Source: Octopus vulgaris (taxonomy: Eukaryota). Taken from it: a DNA stretch of 64,000 bases. A program made the translations under genes and the position numbers. The stretch lies in the NCBI GenBank assembly GCA_951406725.2, contig OX597816.1, forward strand, positions 68,324,001-68,388,000. The letters are read 5' to 3'. Of this stretch, positions 52,689 through 64,000 are shown piece after piece; within the stretch, counting starts at the first letter, position 1, and each line of letters begins with the position of its first letter. A model generated the notes under the pieces. It saw only the letters and a program-made list of their open reading frames with translations, was not told the DNA's origin and searched no databases.

Positions 52689-53842
52689 TCGGCAATACTT
52701 AATAGATTAAACCAAGCATGAACAACATTTTACGAGAAACGGGCCGCTTGAGACATAGCTCATCATCACGCGAGTCGCATAAGTAAGAGAAAAACAAGGT
52801 AATTTTATTTTGTTGGCGTGCTATCCAACAAGTCCCGCAGGCGGCATGTGGCCACGGCTTGCTACTGGCTTTGTCTAGACTTGAAGCAGAACGTTAATGA
52901 TATTAATATCATCAGTCTCATCATCAAGCGGGAAGCTGGCGGAGTCGTTAGCACGCCGGATAAACTGCTAAGCAGCATTTTGTCCGTTTTTAGCTTCCTG
53001 GTTCAGATTCTGTGGGGCTGGGGGTCGACTTTGCCTTTCATCCTTTCGGGGTCGGTAACATAAGTACCAACTGATTACTAGCGTCGATATAATAGACTTA
53101 TCCCCAACTCGATATTGCTGGCCTTGTGCCAAAATTTGAAACCAATAATATCGGTCTCATAAAACTTACAAAAGCCATGGCATTGATTCCTTTGTCTTTT
53201 CCTTCATCTTCCCTTTCTTTTTTTCTCTGTCCTCTCCCTTTCTGCTTAGCATCTAAGTGTTTCAATTATATTTTCTTCCATGACTGTCACTTAACCTCTC
53301 TTGCAATAAACTCATGTATTTATTTATTTTCAATTATTTTTACTTGCTTTTCTCTTGTAACACTCTCTCACTCTTCTATTAATTTTTAGTTTTAATTTGC
53401 ATTTTTTATACGACACTTTGACTAAAAGGTACACATTTCATTCAGACACGTGTTATAGTTTTAAAATGTTGCTCTCCTCATCACAAGTACGTCGTTTCGG
53501 TATCCAGTCAAGACCAGACTCAGCATTGTATTCTTCAGCGAAATACTTAATTTCACGTGGCGTCCTGATCAAGGAGTAAGCATGTATATACGCCACGGAA
53601 ACCGGAAAACCGGCCTTAATGAGTCCATTGAAAGAGCGATTTGTTATGCATTTTCGTATGTGCAGTGCCTGGGTTGCGCAAGATCGTTCGAAACGGATGT
53701 AAGTTAAATAGGTCGTTGATAATGGAACTTTGTTCAGTATGTTTTATACATATAGAAACACAGATACACGGACATACACATGTCTGTATATATGTAGTTG
53801 CATGTATATTTATGCATATATATATATATATATATATATATG

Positions 53843-54138
53843 TGAATGAAGCTAGGATCAGTAAACTAGACTAGCCTCGACTATCAGTTGTAGACCCGTC
53901 AGCATATACTGACAGATCGATTTAGTCAAGCCCTCCGAGCGATGGAGTGGTCAATGCTGACGGGTCTACAACTGATAGACGAAGCTAGTCTAGTTTACTG
54001 ATCCTAGCTTCATTCATAGAGCGGTTATCTCTCCAGTGTATATATATTGGGTCTTTCATACAGAATTAAGGGTTTTAAATTTTATTTCTTGCAATATAGG
54101 TGATGTTCAGAACCCTCAGTCGCAATATTAGATTTTCC

Positions 54139-54145
<7 letters not shown>
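53843..54145. repeat. Fold-back element between (TA)n tracts (inverted arms about 53843-53905 and 53954-54016)
   Basis: tgaatgaagctaggatcagtaaactagactagc..gtagacccgtcagcat is mirrored by atgctgacgggtctac..gctagtctagtttactgatcctagcttcattca. Confidence 0.88.
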
Positions 54146-54190
<45 letters not shown>

Positions 54191-54193
<3 letters not shown>

Positions 54194-54362
54194 TGTATGA
54201 GTGGCTGTGTGGTAAGTAGCTTGCTTATCAACCGCATGATTCAGGGTTCAGTCCCATTGCGTGGCACCTTGGGCAAGTGTCTTCTACTATAGCCTCGGGC
54301 CGACCAAAGCCTTGTGATTGGATTTGGTTGACGGAAACTGAAAGAAGCCTGTCGTATATATG

Positions 54363-54393
<31 letters not shown>

Positions 54394-54615
54394 ATGTTTG
54401 TGTGTCTGTGTTTGTTCCCCCCAACATCGCTTGACAACCGATGGTGGTGTGTTTACGTTCCCGTAACTTAGCAATTCGGTCAAAGTAACCGATAGAATAA
54501 GTACTAGGCTTACAAAGAATAAGTCCTGGGGTCGATTTGTTCGACTAAAAGCGGTGCTCCAGCATGGCCACAGTCAAATGACTGAAGCAAGTAAAAGAGT
54601 AAAAGAGTAAAAGAA
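54191..54615 (+). mobile_element. Full-length SINE family A
   Basis: Colinear with 42967-43408. Confidence 0.92.
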
Positions 54616-54834
54616 TACAGGGTGAGGTAGATAAACCGTCGTCTAAATTACACAAAAATGAATGAAAATAGCACTGACATTTCATTTTAACAGACATATT
54701 TACCAAAATTATATAAAAATGTCTTGAAATGCTAAAGAGTGAATTCATTTAATTATTTCGCCATTGGCTTTAACCACGGCCTCCAGGCGACTTCAGAATC
54801 TCCTGCAACTCTTCTGGACGGCCTCCTTGTTTAA
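54616..54834 (-). mobile_element. 3' end (last codons and TIR) of a DD37D/Tc1-like transposon
   Basis: Minus strand LNKEAVQKSCRRF*SRLEAVVKANGEIIK*. The terminus TA-cagggtgaggtagataaaccgtcgtc matches the TIR at 217-242 at 18 of 26 positions. Confidence 0.78.
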
Positions 54835-57194
54835 TATCATTCGGCTGGTACTTATGCAACAAGTGTGATATTTAATCAATATTGTGTGTATATTATTCCA
54901 ATCTAACCTCCATTTAAGTACCTAATTCAGATGAATCTTAATTGCATACATACATACATACATACATACATACATACATACATACATAATACATACATAC
55001 ATACATACATAATACATACATACATACATACGTACATACATACATGCATACATACATACATCAGTTTTATACACATTAATATTATTCTGTGAAAAGCTTA
55101 AGTGAAAGCATCTAATGCCATTTTAAATAAAGTAATTCATGAATTTATTATTCTTAAAAATATCATTTATAGAAGAATATTTAGTTGAATGAAGACTAGC
55201 CTTTGAGATGTCACCATGTAATGAAGTGGATGCAATTATTAATTAAAAAATATATAATTGATTGATGAGTATACCGTAGATGTCTTCGCCTTGTAAATAT
55301 TCTTTATATATGAATTCTATCATATATAAGACTGTGATAAAAATATTTAAGGACGTTTAATGGTCTGATACATATATACATACATACACACATACATAGA
55401 TACATGCATACATACATGCATGCATGCATGCATACATACACACATACATACATACATACATACATACATACATGCATGCATACATACATGCATACATATA
55501 TGCATGCATACATACCTACATACATACATACATACATACAAGCATGCATACATACACACACATACATATATACATACATACATGCATGCATACATACATG
55601 CATGCATACATACATACACATACATACATGCATGCATGCATACATACATACATACGTACATACATGCATGCATATAATTGTGAAGGCGCATAGCCTAGTC
55701 GATCGCGAGGCTGCGGCTTCGATTCCCAGGCCGGTTGTGCATTGTGTTCTTGAGCAAAACACTTCATTTTACGTTCCATTACTCTAATCAGCTGCGAATG
55801 AATTGCCTAGTAACTCACTGGCGTCCCAGGAGGAAATAGCGGCTCGAAAAATTACACGAACGGAGCCCTCGCGAGCTGCATTTTGCATTCAGCAATGGAA
55901 AAGAATGATGGTGTAACACGTACAGTGAATCCCAACTGGTTGAGATTGGTTGTTCAACCATGCCGAAGGTCATCATCATTATTTATATTATTAGAAAAGT
56001 TATCCGTCAAGAATCATTTGTGTTTACACAATTTAATACGAGAGAGAGAGAGTGTGAGAGAGAAAAGAGGCGTGTAGGTATGTAAAAATTGTGTTTTATT
56101 TTGACTTACATGAAATCTATGTATTCTTTTATATGTCTATGAATATAGTTTTCCTATCAGGAGCATTTGTGTATGACTCTATGTGAGTGTGAATGTATAA
56201 AAAAAAAATGTAATCAATCAATACCAGCTAGTGACGTCACTTTTTAGACGGAACTAAGAATCATTGATGAACAGCAAGAAAAGCACCGAAGACCAGATTT
56301 ATTATACAGAGTTTAACAATCAAATTTATTGATCAAGATGCGAGAAAAAAAAACATTCTTCAATAAAGCTATTCGATAACACCATCTGATCTGGACGACA
56401 ACCATTTTAGTAATTGCTTTGTATTTTTTTTTAACCGTGAAGAAATTAAATTGGGAGCTTTATAGCTTAGAAATGTTTCAATTATTCAAAAAGGATGGTG
56501 CTTAATTTGCGTTTCCTTAGCGATAATTAGCTGAGAAATAAATTTCTAGTTGAAAAACAAGTCACTTTATCTCTGGTGCCTTGTCGAGAAAACCCAGGTG
56601 CCTGGGAGTTACTAACGAGACCAGACAATCAATATAGTCGCTCGACTTGACAGAAGAACCACTGAAATCGAATTCAAACAACAAAATGCTGTGTTATATT
56701 AAGACAAGGCGGTTTAGGTAATGGTTTTGGTTCAATTTTAAAGGAGAGAAAAGTTCAATTATTTCGACCTCACTGTGGTCAACTAGTTCTTATTTTATCG
56801 ACCTCGGAAGAATGAAAGACAAAGTCTACCACGACGGCATTTGAATTCAGAATGTAAAAAGCTGGAAGAAATGCTGCTAAGAATTTTCTTTAACTTGCTG
56901 ATGATTCTACCTTTTCGTCACCTTAGTACACGCAAAGTCGTACATAGTCCGGTCACTGTTGGAATGAGTTTGATAACCGACATGCTCTTTCAGAAGTGAC
57001 ACGATTTTTAACATAAACAACGATGCGTCTACATATTATATTTAGTTGTCGTAAGAGGCCATGATGTTTTGTGATTAAGTTTATCCTCAAGAATTATATG
57101 GGTCAGGGAAAGTTCTGAACCTGTTAGCAAGCATTGTCGTAAAGAGATGTTTTTTGATCAGAGATACGGCAGGGTGGCTAAGAAGTGAGTTATT

Positions 57195-57444
57195 AATAAC
57201 AAGGGCCTGCAAGGCGGCGAGCTGGTAGAATCTTTTACACGCCGGGCAAAGTACTTAGCGGCATTTCGTCAGTCTTTAATTTCTACATTTAAATTCCACC
57301 GATGTTGACTTTGCCTTTCATACTTTATTTCTGGATCGATAAAATAAGTAGCAGCTGAGCGCAAGGGGTCGATGTAATAGAGCTACTCTCCCTCCTCACC
57401 GAATTGCTGGCTTTGTGTCAAAATTTTAAATCAATAACAAGGGC
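57195..57444 (+). mobile_element. Older SINE family B copy with a 12-bp target-site duplication
   Basis: aataacaagggc at 57195-57206 and 57433-57444. Confidence 0.82.
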
Positions 57445-57989
57445 TTCTGTTCAATCCTACTGTGTCTGTTCAATCCTACGGTGTCTCTAGTTGCTTCTCA
57501 ACGTAGTCTGGAGTCGTAACAAACTTTGTGAATGGCGTAGAGTGGATGGATTCTGCAGAAGTTAATCGGATGAACTGCATCTGACATTCGAGACCTAAAT
57601 TTTCCACAGACAGGGTCGTGATGATAATATATGAGGTTTACATTAATGCTACAAATGTCTGTGGAACACATCTATCATACAATATGGACAGTAGGTTTAA
57701 TTCAAAGAACAAACTTTGTCACTGAAATCCATTGGATGAACTTTACTTTCACTTCGAAAACACAGGCTTGTCACACACTGCATCAAACTGTAGTCTGAGA
57801 TTCACGTTAAAGCTACAAGTATTTGTTGAATAATCCACCGCATTTCTATAATAAGATATATTGACTGTTGCGTTAAACCAAAGAACAAGCGTTAGCCTAA
57901 TCTTACATCGTGTGTAGTGATATCAGTTTCAATTGCTTGTCAGGTCACTCTTGAGCGCTACTAGCAACATGCAACCTATTACAACATGT

Positions 57990-58320
57990 CTCATGGTCGG
58001 GTCGTCGGCGTCTAAACTGGCAACCACATCAAGCTTGCTTGGTGAGGACGGTGATTGCTGGACACCCTGCAGAACGAAAAATAAGACCCGTCAAAGGACG
58101 GAAGAACTATTGTGTAGTCAACGACCAATTCAACAAGTACCTTGCCGAAGAGCTATGCTGGAGGGAGAGAAATCGTCAGGTAGGTCTTACCAGGCCAGAC
58201 AGGTCGAAAAGTAGGAGACAGACAAAACCTTAACGACAATAAATCGAAGCGTCCGCGGTAGGGCGTGGTTTTAGTTATCGGCAGGACCTAATAGATCAGA
58301 TTCCTGGCTTTGAACTAGCA
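57990..58320 (+). mobile_element. Probable 5' UTR fragment of an RTE-clade LINE
   Basis: GC-richer island. gagctatgctgg...ggtaggtcttaccaggccagacaggtcgaaaagtaggagacagac resembles the gagctatg..ggtagggtctccca..caggtc..ccagac module I recall from RTE/Expander 5' UTRs. Confidence 0.45.
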
Positions 58321-58738
58321 GGATGTCATACACAGGATGATACTTATTTTGTCAAACCCGAAAGGATGAAAAGCTAAGTGGACCACGCCGGAATTTCAAC
58401 TCTGAACATAAAGAAGGACGAAATGCCGTTAAGAGCTTTACACGGGCCGTTAACGATTCTGCTAACTCGCCGCCTTACCGCATGTGGTGAGATTTTCTGA
58501 GGAATTAGAATGAAGTTACAAATATATGTGAAATACTGAGTACTTTTTAAAATTTTAAATAAAGAAGTAGTTTAACCAATAGAACAACTGAAGAACACAT
58601 CGTCAGAATCGAAACGAGATCGAAAGATATTTCTTGCGTTAGAGGCGAAGATGTTTACTGTGTAGATAGGTGTCTTTCTCGGGAATATATTTTAACAACA
58701 ACTGATTTCATGGATATATAGATGTATACATACATGCA

Positions 58739-58780
<42 letters not shown>

Positions 58781-58925
58781 CACACATATATGTATACACA
58801 CACATACATATGTATATTTACATATAGACATGTATATATGTATATATAGATAGTATAAATAAAAATACTTACATATACACATGTGTTTATGTATGTGCAA
58901 ATATACATACACGCACACACATATA

Positions 58926-59321
58926 TTACTCTTTTACTCTTTTACTTGTTTCAGTCATTTGACTGCGGCCATGCTGGAGCACCGCCTTTAATCGAGCAAC
59001 TCGACCGCGGGACTTATTCTTTGTAAGCCCAGTACTTATTCTATCGGTCTCTTTTTGCCGAACCGCTAGGTGACGGGGACATAAACACACCAGCATTGGT
59101 TGTCAAGCAATGCTAGGGGGACAAGCATACACACATACATATATATATACATATATCCGTCAGGCTTATTTCAGTTGCCGACTACCAAATCCACTCACAA
59201 GGCACTGGTCGGCCCGAGGCTATAGCAGAAGACACTTGCCCAAGATGCCACGCAGTGGGACTGAACCCGGAACCATGTGGTTGGTAAGCCAGCTACTTAC
59301 CACACAGCCACTCTTGCGCCT
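58926..59321 (-). mobile_element. Full-length SINE family A
   Basis: Reverse complement of 54191-54615. Confidence 0.92.
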
Positions 59322-59322
59322 A

Positions 59323-59364
<42 letters not shown>

Positions 59365-59452
59365 CATGTATATAAATACACACACATATCTATCTATCTA
59401 CCCATCTATCTATATCTATATCTCTCTATCTCTCTCTCTCTATCAATCAATC

Positions 59453-59621
<169 letters not shown>

Positions 59622-59794
59622 ATTTCTATCTATATATATATAAAAGGTGTTTTTTTTTTCTAATTTTTATATATATATATTATATTTTGTGAAATTTGAT
59701 TTAGTATTTCTAAATTGAATTTTTTCCCTGTAAGTCAGGAATAATATTCCCTCAAATAATATATATATATATATATATATATAATTTCAACAAT

Positions 59795-59999
59795 TGAGGG
59801 TAAAATTAATTAATTATTAATTAATTTCACCAAGTGCTCAGTATGCAAAGGGACCATTTAAGGCGAATTCAAATTATTACAATATATAAAAGGGCTTAGT
59901 AAAATAAATTACTTTGCCGCATACTGAACTCATTAGAAATAGCAGCTATTTCTAATGAGTTCAGTATGCGGCAAAGTAATTTATTTTACTAAGCCCTTT

Positions 60000-60007
<8 letters not shown>
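59795..60007. repeat. Fold-back element with a perfect 127-bp palindrome (59881-60007, 1-nt centre at 59944)
   Basis: aatatataaaagggcttagtaaaataaattactttgccgcatactgaactcattagaaatagc-a-gctatttctaatgagttcagtatgcggcaaagtaatttattttactaagcccttttatatatt. The leader gggtaaaattaattaatta..atttcaccaagt is shared with 7931-7976. Confidence 0.92.
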
Positions 60008-60076
<69 letters not shown>

Positions 60077-60413
60077 GTATCACCAAATCAGAGCTTTGAA
60101 GATTGAAGAAAGTTACTTTGTTGAACACCACAAGGCTCATCGACACCCCATCCTTCTTGAAGCCACAAGAAAAGTAAGAAGAATGAAGAACCAAAAAGGA
60201 GCGACATAAAATTATTTTCGTATAATACAGCTTCTTCATCGTTACTGCATTGTCGAAACAACAATTGCATTATGCCTTTGAACACTTGCAGCAATTTGTT
60301 TACGCATCCAGTAATATAAATATACAATGCGTGCATGCAGTTTGTATTTGTAGATCACGATTAGGTGTGTGTATATATGTGTGTATATATGTAGATGAGT
60401 CTCCCTCTCTCTT

Positions 60414-60482
<69 letters not shown>

Positions 60483-60571
60483 GTACGTATGTATATAAAT
60501 ATTAACGGTAAAGTGAAACACAAGAAAGCATACACATACACACACACACACATACACATATATGTAAGAGA

Positions 60572-60648
<77 letters not shown>

Positions 60649-61251
60649 TATATATATATATATATATATAAATATAAAAATGCATAAATTTATATGTATA
60701 TAATACATATGTATGTACAGACAATGTATATGTATATACGTATAATATATATATATATATATATATGTATATAAATACATTATATGTGTATATAGGTATA
60801 TATATAAGTGCATAATATGTGTGTATGTATATATATATATGTGTGTATGTATATATATATATATATACATATCTATGCATATATACACACTCAAGCACGC
60901 AAACACACACACATATATACTTATACAATGAGTTAAAATTAAAGTAAGACTGTGAAACGACCAGAGAGAAAGAGAGAGAGAGAGAGACAGAGAGAGAGAC
61001 AGAGAGAGAGAGGGAGAGAGAGAGGTAGAGAGAGAGAAAGAGAGCACAGTATACTTGGAAGTGTTTATGAGGAGATAAACGTGAAGTATACTGAACGTTA
61101 AAAAGTAGGTAGGAAAAAAATGGTGCTTCCACTTACTTTAATTGTACATTCAGAAATAAGATTGTTGGTTTTGACAGTTCTATCTTTGAATAGAGTTAAA
61201 GTACCTCATATATAAACACAAACGTACATGCGCACAGTTGCTCGCTTATGC

Positions 61252-61354
<103 letters not shown>

Positions 61355-61358
61355 CATG

Positions 61359-61398
<40 letters not shown>

Positions 61399-61682
61399 TG
61401 TATATATATATATATATATGTATATATTCGATACATATTTGTAATTAGATTTTTGTTACACTAAACAGCCTTGAGAATCGAGAACATGTCATGTGATAAA
61501 TTGCTATTATATAAAAGGAAAAGATATATTTTATCGATATTTATGTGAGAGAAGATCAATAATACGAAGATTTCTGCATGTCACAATGCTTTTAGAATTT
61601 GAACTATGGAGAAAACAAGTGATTTTTGCATGACGTGACCATTAACACAATATTCGGTGGAGAGATGCAAAGCAATCGTCCA

Positions 61683-61725
<43 letters not shown>

Positions 61726-62477
61726 TGTGTGTGTGTATGTGTGTGCGTGTGTACATACATATACACGAACGTACATGTATGTATACATGATGGTTTTTCA
61801 TTGATTAACAACTCATTTTGATCATTCCCTTTATATTACTACATTAAAAAAAACTCTCGCTGGCTTTTCTGTAAATGTATTTAAGTTAGCATTTAAAAAA
61901 ATTATACATACATATATACAATCATATATGCATATATACATACACTCATATATACATACTAAAATGCAATACTCATTTATATAACCCGTGTACAAACATG
62001 TACAGACACATACAAATATATACGGAAGTTTATTCATGACGTCATAGCTTTGTAAAAACTTCAAAGAAACTTCGAGTTTGAGTACGATTTTACGATAAAT
62101 TTTAAGGTGTGTGCAGATATTTAATCTTACCCTTAAATTTATGCCCAAATATTAGGTATTACTTTCAGTTTCTCACTGCATGCTTCAGTGTGCGTGTGTG
62201 CCTGTGTGTATGCATGAATATAATATATGATTATTTACAAGTTTCATTTTATTTCGTGTTGCAATGAAAACAATTTAACAATCACACGACTTCACTTCAA
62301 AGAATAAGCTCCTGCAATAGTATCTATCGACCATCAGAAATTTACTGTAGAAATATCCTTACCCCCTACTCTCTTCTGTCTCACTCCCGTTGTATGTATC
62401 TCCCAGATGTACATAAAGAAGCTTAATTATCATTTCACATAACACTGCCGATTTCAGATTAACAATTTCCACAAAAT

Positions 62478-62716
62478 ATGTTTGTTCCTTCTCGAGCCAT
62501 GCCTGGCTCATAAGGGCCGGTTTCCCGGTTTCCTTGGCGTATAGGTTCCCCACATGGACGATACGCCGGTCCGTCGCAGGTGAGCTGCATGATGCAGAAG
62601 GAAAGAGTGAAAGAAAGTTGTGGCGAAACAGTCAGCAGAAGTTCGCAATTACCTTCTGCCGGAGCTGCGTGGAGCTTAGGTGTTTCGCTCATAAATACTC
62701 ACATTGCCCTGTCTGA
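62478..62716 (-). mobile_element. SINE family C body, head replaced by an adjacent SINE B
   Basis: Colinear with 14220-14456. Confidence 0.88.
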
Positions 62717-62939
62717 GGTGAGCTGGCAGAAACGTTAGCACGCCGGGCGAAATGCGTAGCCGTATTTCGTCTGTCGTTACGTTCCAAGTTCAAATTCCAC
62801 CGAGGTCGACTTTGCCTTTCATCCTTTCGGGGTCGATAAATTAAGTACCAGTTACGCACTGGGGTCGATGTATTCGACTTACTCCCTTTGTCTGTCCTTG
62901 CTTGTCCCCTCTGTGTGTAGCCCCTTGTGGGCAGTAAAG

Positions 62940-62943
<4 letters not shown>
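62717..62943 (+). mobile_element. SINE family B, ending in a (TA)n tract
   Basis: gagctggcagaaacgttagcacgccgggcgaaatg...gactttgcctttcatcctttcggggtcgataaattaagtaccag...gtaaagaaa. Confidence 0.92.
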
Positions 62944-63002
<59 letters not shown>

Positions 63003-63384
63003 TAATTTAAATAAATGGCAAAGTAACAGGTAATTATCTAATGAAACTCATTAGGATGTTGCTCGATCAGAGCTGAGTGCTTGCATATCACCTTATAGCA
63101 CCATAGAATCTCCGAAAATGAAGCATAAGTTTATTTGAGTAAGCATTCAACTGTATGGAAAAGACCAGCGTCGACAAACTACAAACAAGAAGAAAAGTAC
63201 ATGAGAAATGGTAGTGAAGAGAGTTTGAAGGTTAAAGCCACTCCCAGAAATATTTAGACTCAGATATATTTGTGTAAACATATGTCAATAATGAACCTCT
63301 ATTTAAACACATATACACACGCATATAAAACATATGTGTATGTCATCATGTGATCTCTTGAGCACCACCAGCAAAAATATTATA

Positions 63385-63550
63385 AAAATAATCTTCCCTT
63401 CTTGGGATCTTTCCTTCTCCTTGTTTCCGACGAAGAGCTCCGCTCGAAACGTTAAACCCTCCTTCCCTTCTTTCCTGAGCGTCAAATAATACTTTAATTG
63501 TTCCACGTCCTCGCGTTGCTGTGTTTTTTTCTGTGTTTTCTTGTTTGGAT

Positions 63551-63556
<6 letters not shown>
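63385..63556 (+). mobile_element. About 170-bp non-coding element ending at (TA)n, carrying a hammerhead motif
   Basis: Pyrimidine-rich leader, hammerhead 63423-63457, cctgagcgtcaaataatac, then a T-rich 3' part. Related in layout to 42540-42695. Confidence 0.6.
63423..63457 (+). ncRNA. Minimal type I hammerhead ribozyme motif (35 nt, U4>C variant)
   Basis: gttt-CCGACGA-a-gagc(tcc)gctc-GAAA-cg-TT-aaac: stem I gttt/aaac, stem II gagc/gctc, ACGU palindrome in place of stem III, GUU triplet. Confidence 0.72.
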
Positions 63557-63615
<59 letters not shown>

Positions 63616-64000
63616 GAGCAAAACGGCCCCAGTCCAATGGACGATGCTGAGTTGTCAAACATTTAAACCAAATGTTCTCAAAACAACTTGTCCGACCATC
63701 CCATAGGTCTCCCCTTCGCGAAACACTGATTTAACCTAAATTTGAGACACCAGCAAAAGAAAAAAATGAAGATGACTTTTTTCTATTCCAAAGAAAAACG
63801 ATTTTATTCACACAAATATGCAACCGAAGAGTTTAAAGCACCAGTAATAATAAGGCTGTTGACTGGGAGAACACAAACATGGCTTAAACAGTTCTTTTCA
63901 TTAAAAAATCATTAAGCATGCCTTTATCTCAATAAATTTTTGGGTTTTGTTAAACGATGTTAAGGCAAAAAAAAAAAAAACTTCTTGAGAAACCAAATTG

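Noticed and set aside
60075-60316. Non-repetitive island with a possible mariner-like terminus (tactggatgcgtaaacaaattgc on the minus strand)
   Set aside because: No second TIR or transposase peptide found.
63639-63692. Imperfect hairpin ggac..agttgt-c-aaacattt..aaatgtt..acaactt-gtcc
   Set aside because: Short and bulged, with no recognisable ncRNA motif, so it could be chance.

Overview
This is AT-rich, microsatellite-dense eukaryotic DNA with no intact protein-coding gene. Almost all listed ORFs are translations of (TA)n, (CA)n, (TATC)n, (TACA)n, (GA)n or (AAT)n tracts. The repeat spectrum suggests intronic or intergenic DNA of an octopus/coleoid cephalopod; this is inferred from memory of those repeat families and was not verified by a search. 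Recognisable content: decayed Tc1/mariner and pogo/Tigger transposons and MITEs, fragments of CR1/L2-like, Tx1/L1-like, RTE-like and Penelope-like (PLE) retroelements, and three tRNA-derived SINE families (called A, B and C here), several with target-site duplications. There are also two candidate small minus-strand exons of 41 nt and 24 nt. The most interesting signal is a set of unrelated short non-coding elements, usually set in (TA)n tracts, that carry minimal type I hammerhead ribozyme motifs with a palindromic stem III (best at 26139-26200, 63423-63457, 25711-25751, 1028-1075 and 42569-42602). These often coincide with long fold-back inverted repeats and look like PLE-terminal-repeat or retrozyme-like elements. 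Other notable points: two SINE/LINE pairs that share 3' tails, a possibly inversion-split DD37D-type transposon with halves about 54 kb apart, and a templated filler inside a mariner. All family assignments rest on visual motif recognition, and relic boundaries are approximate.
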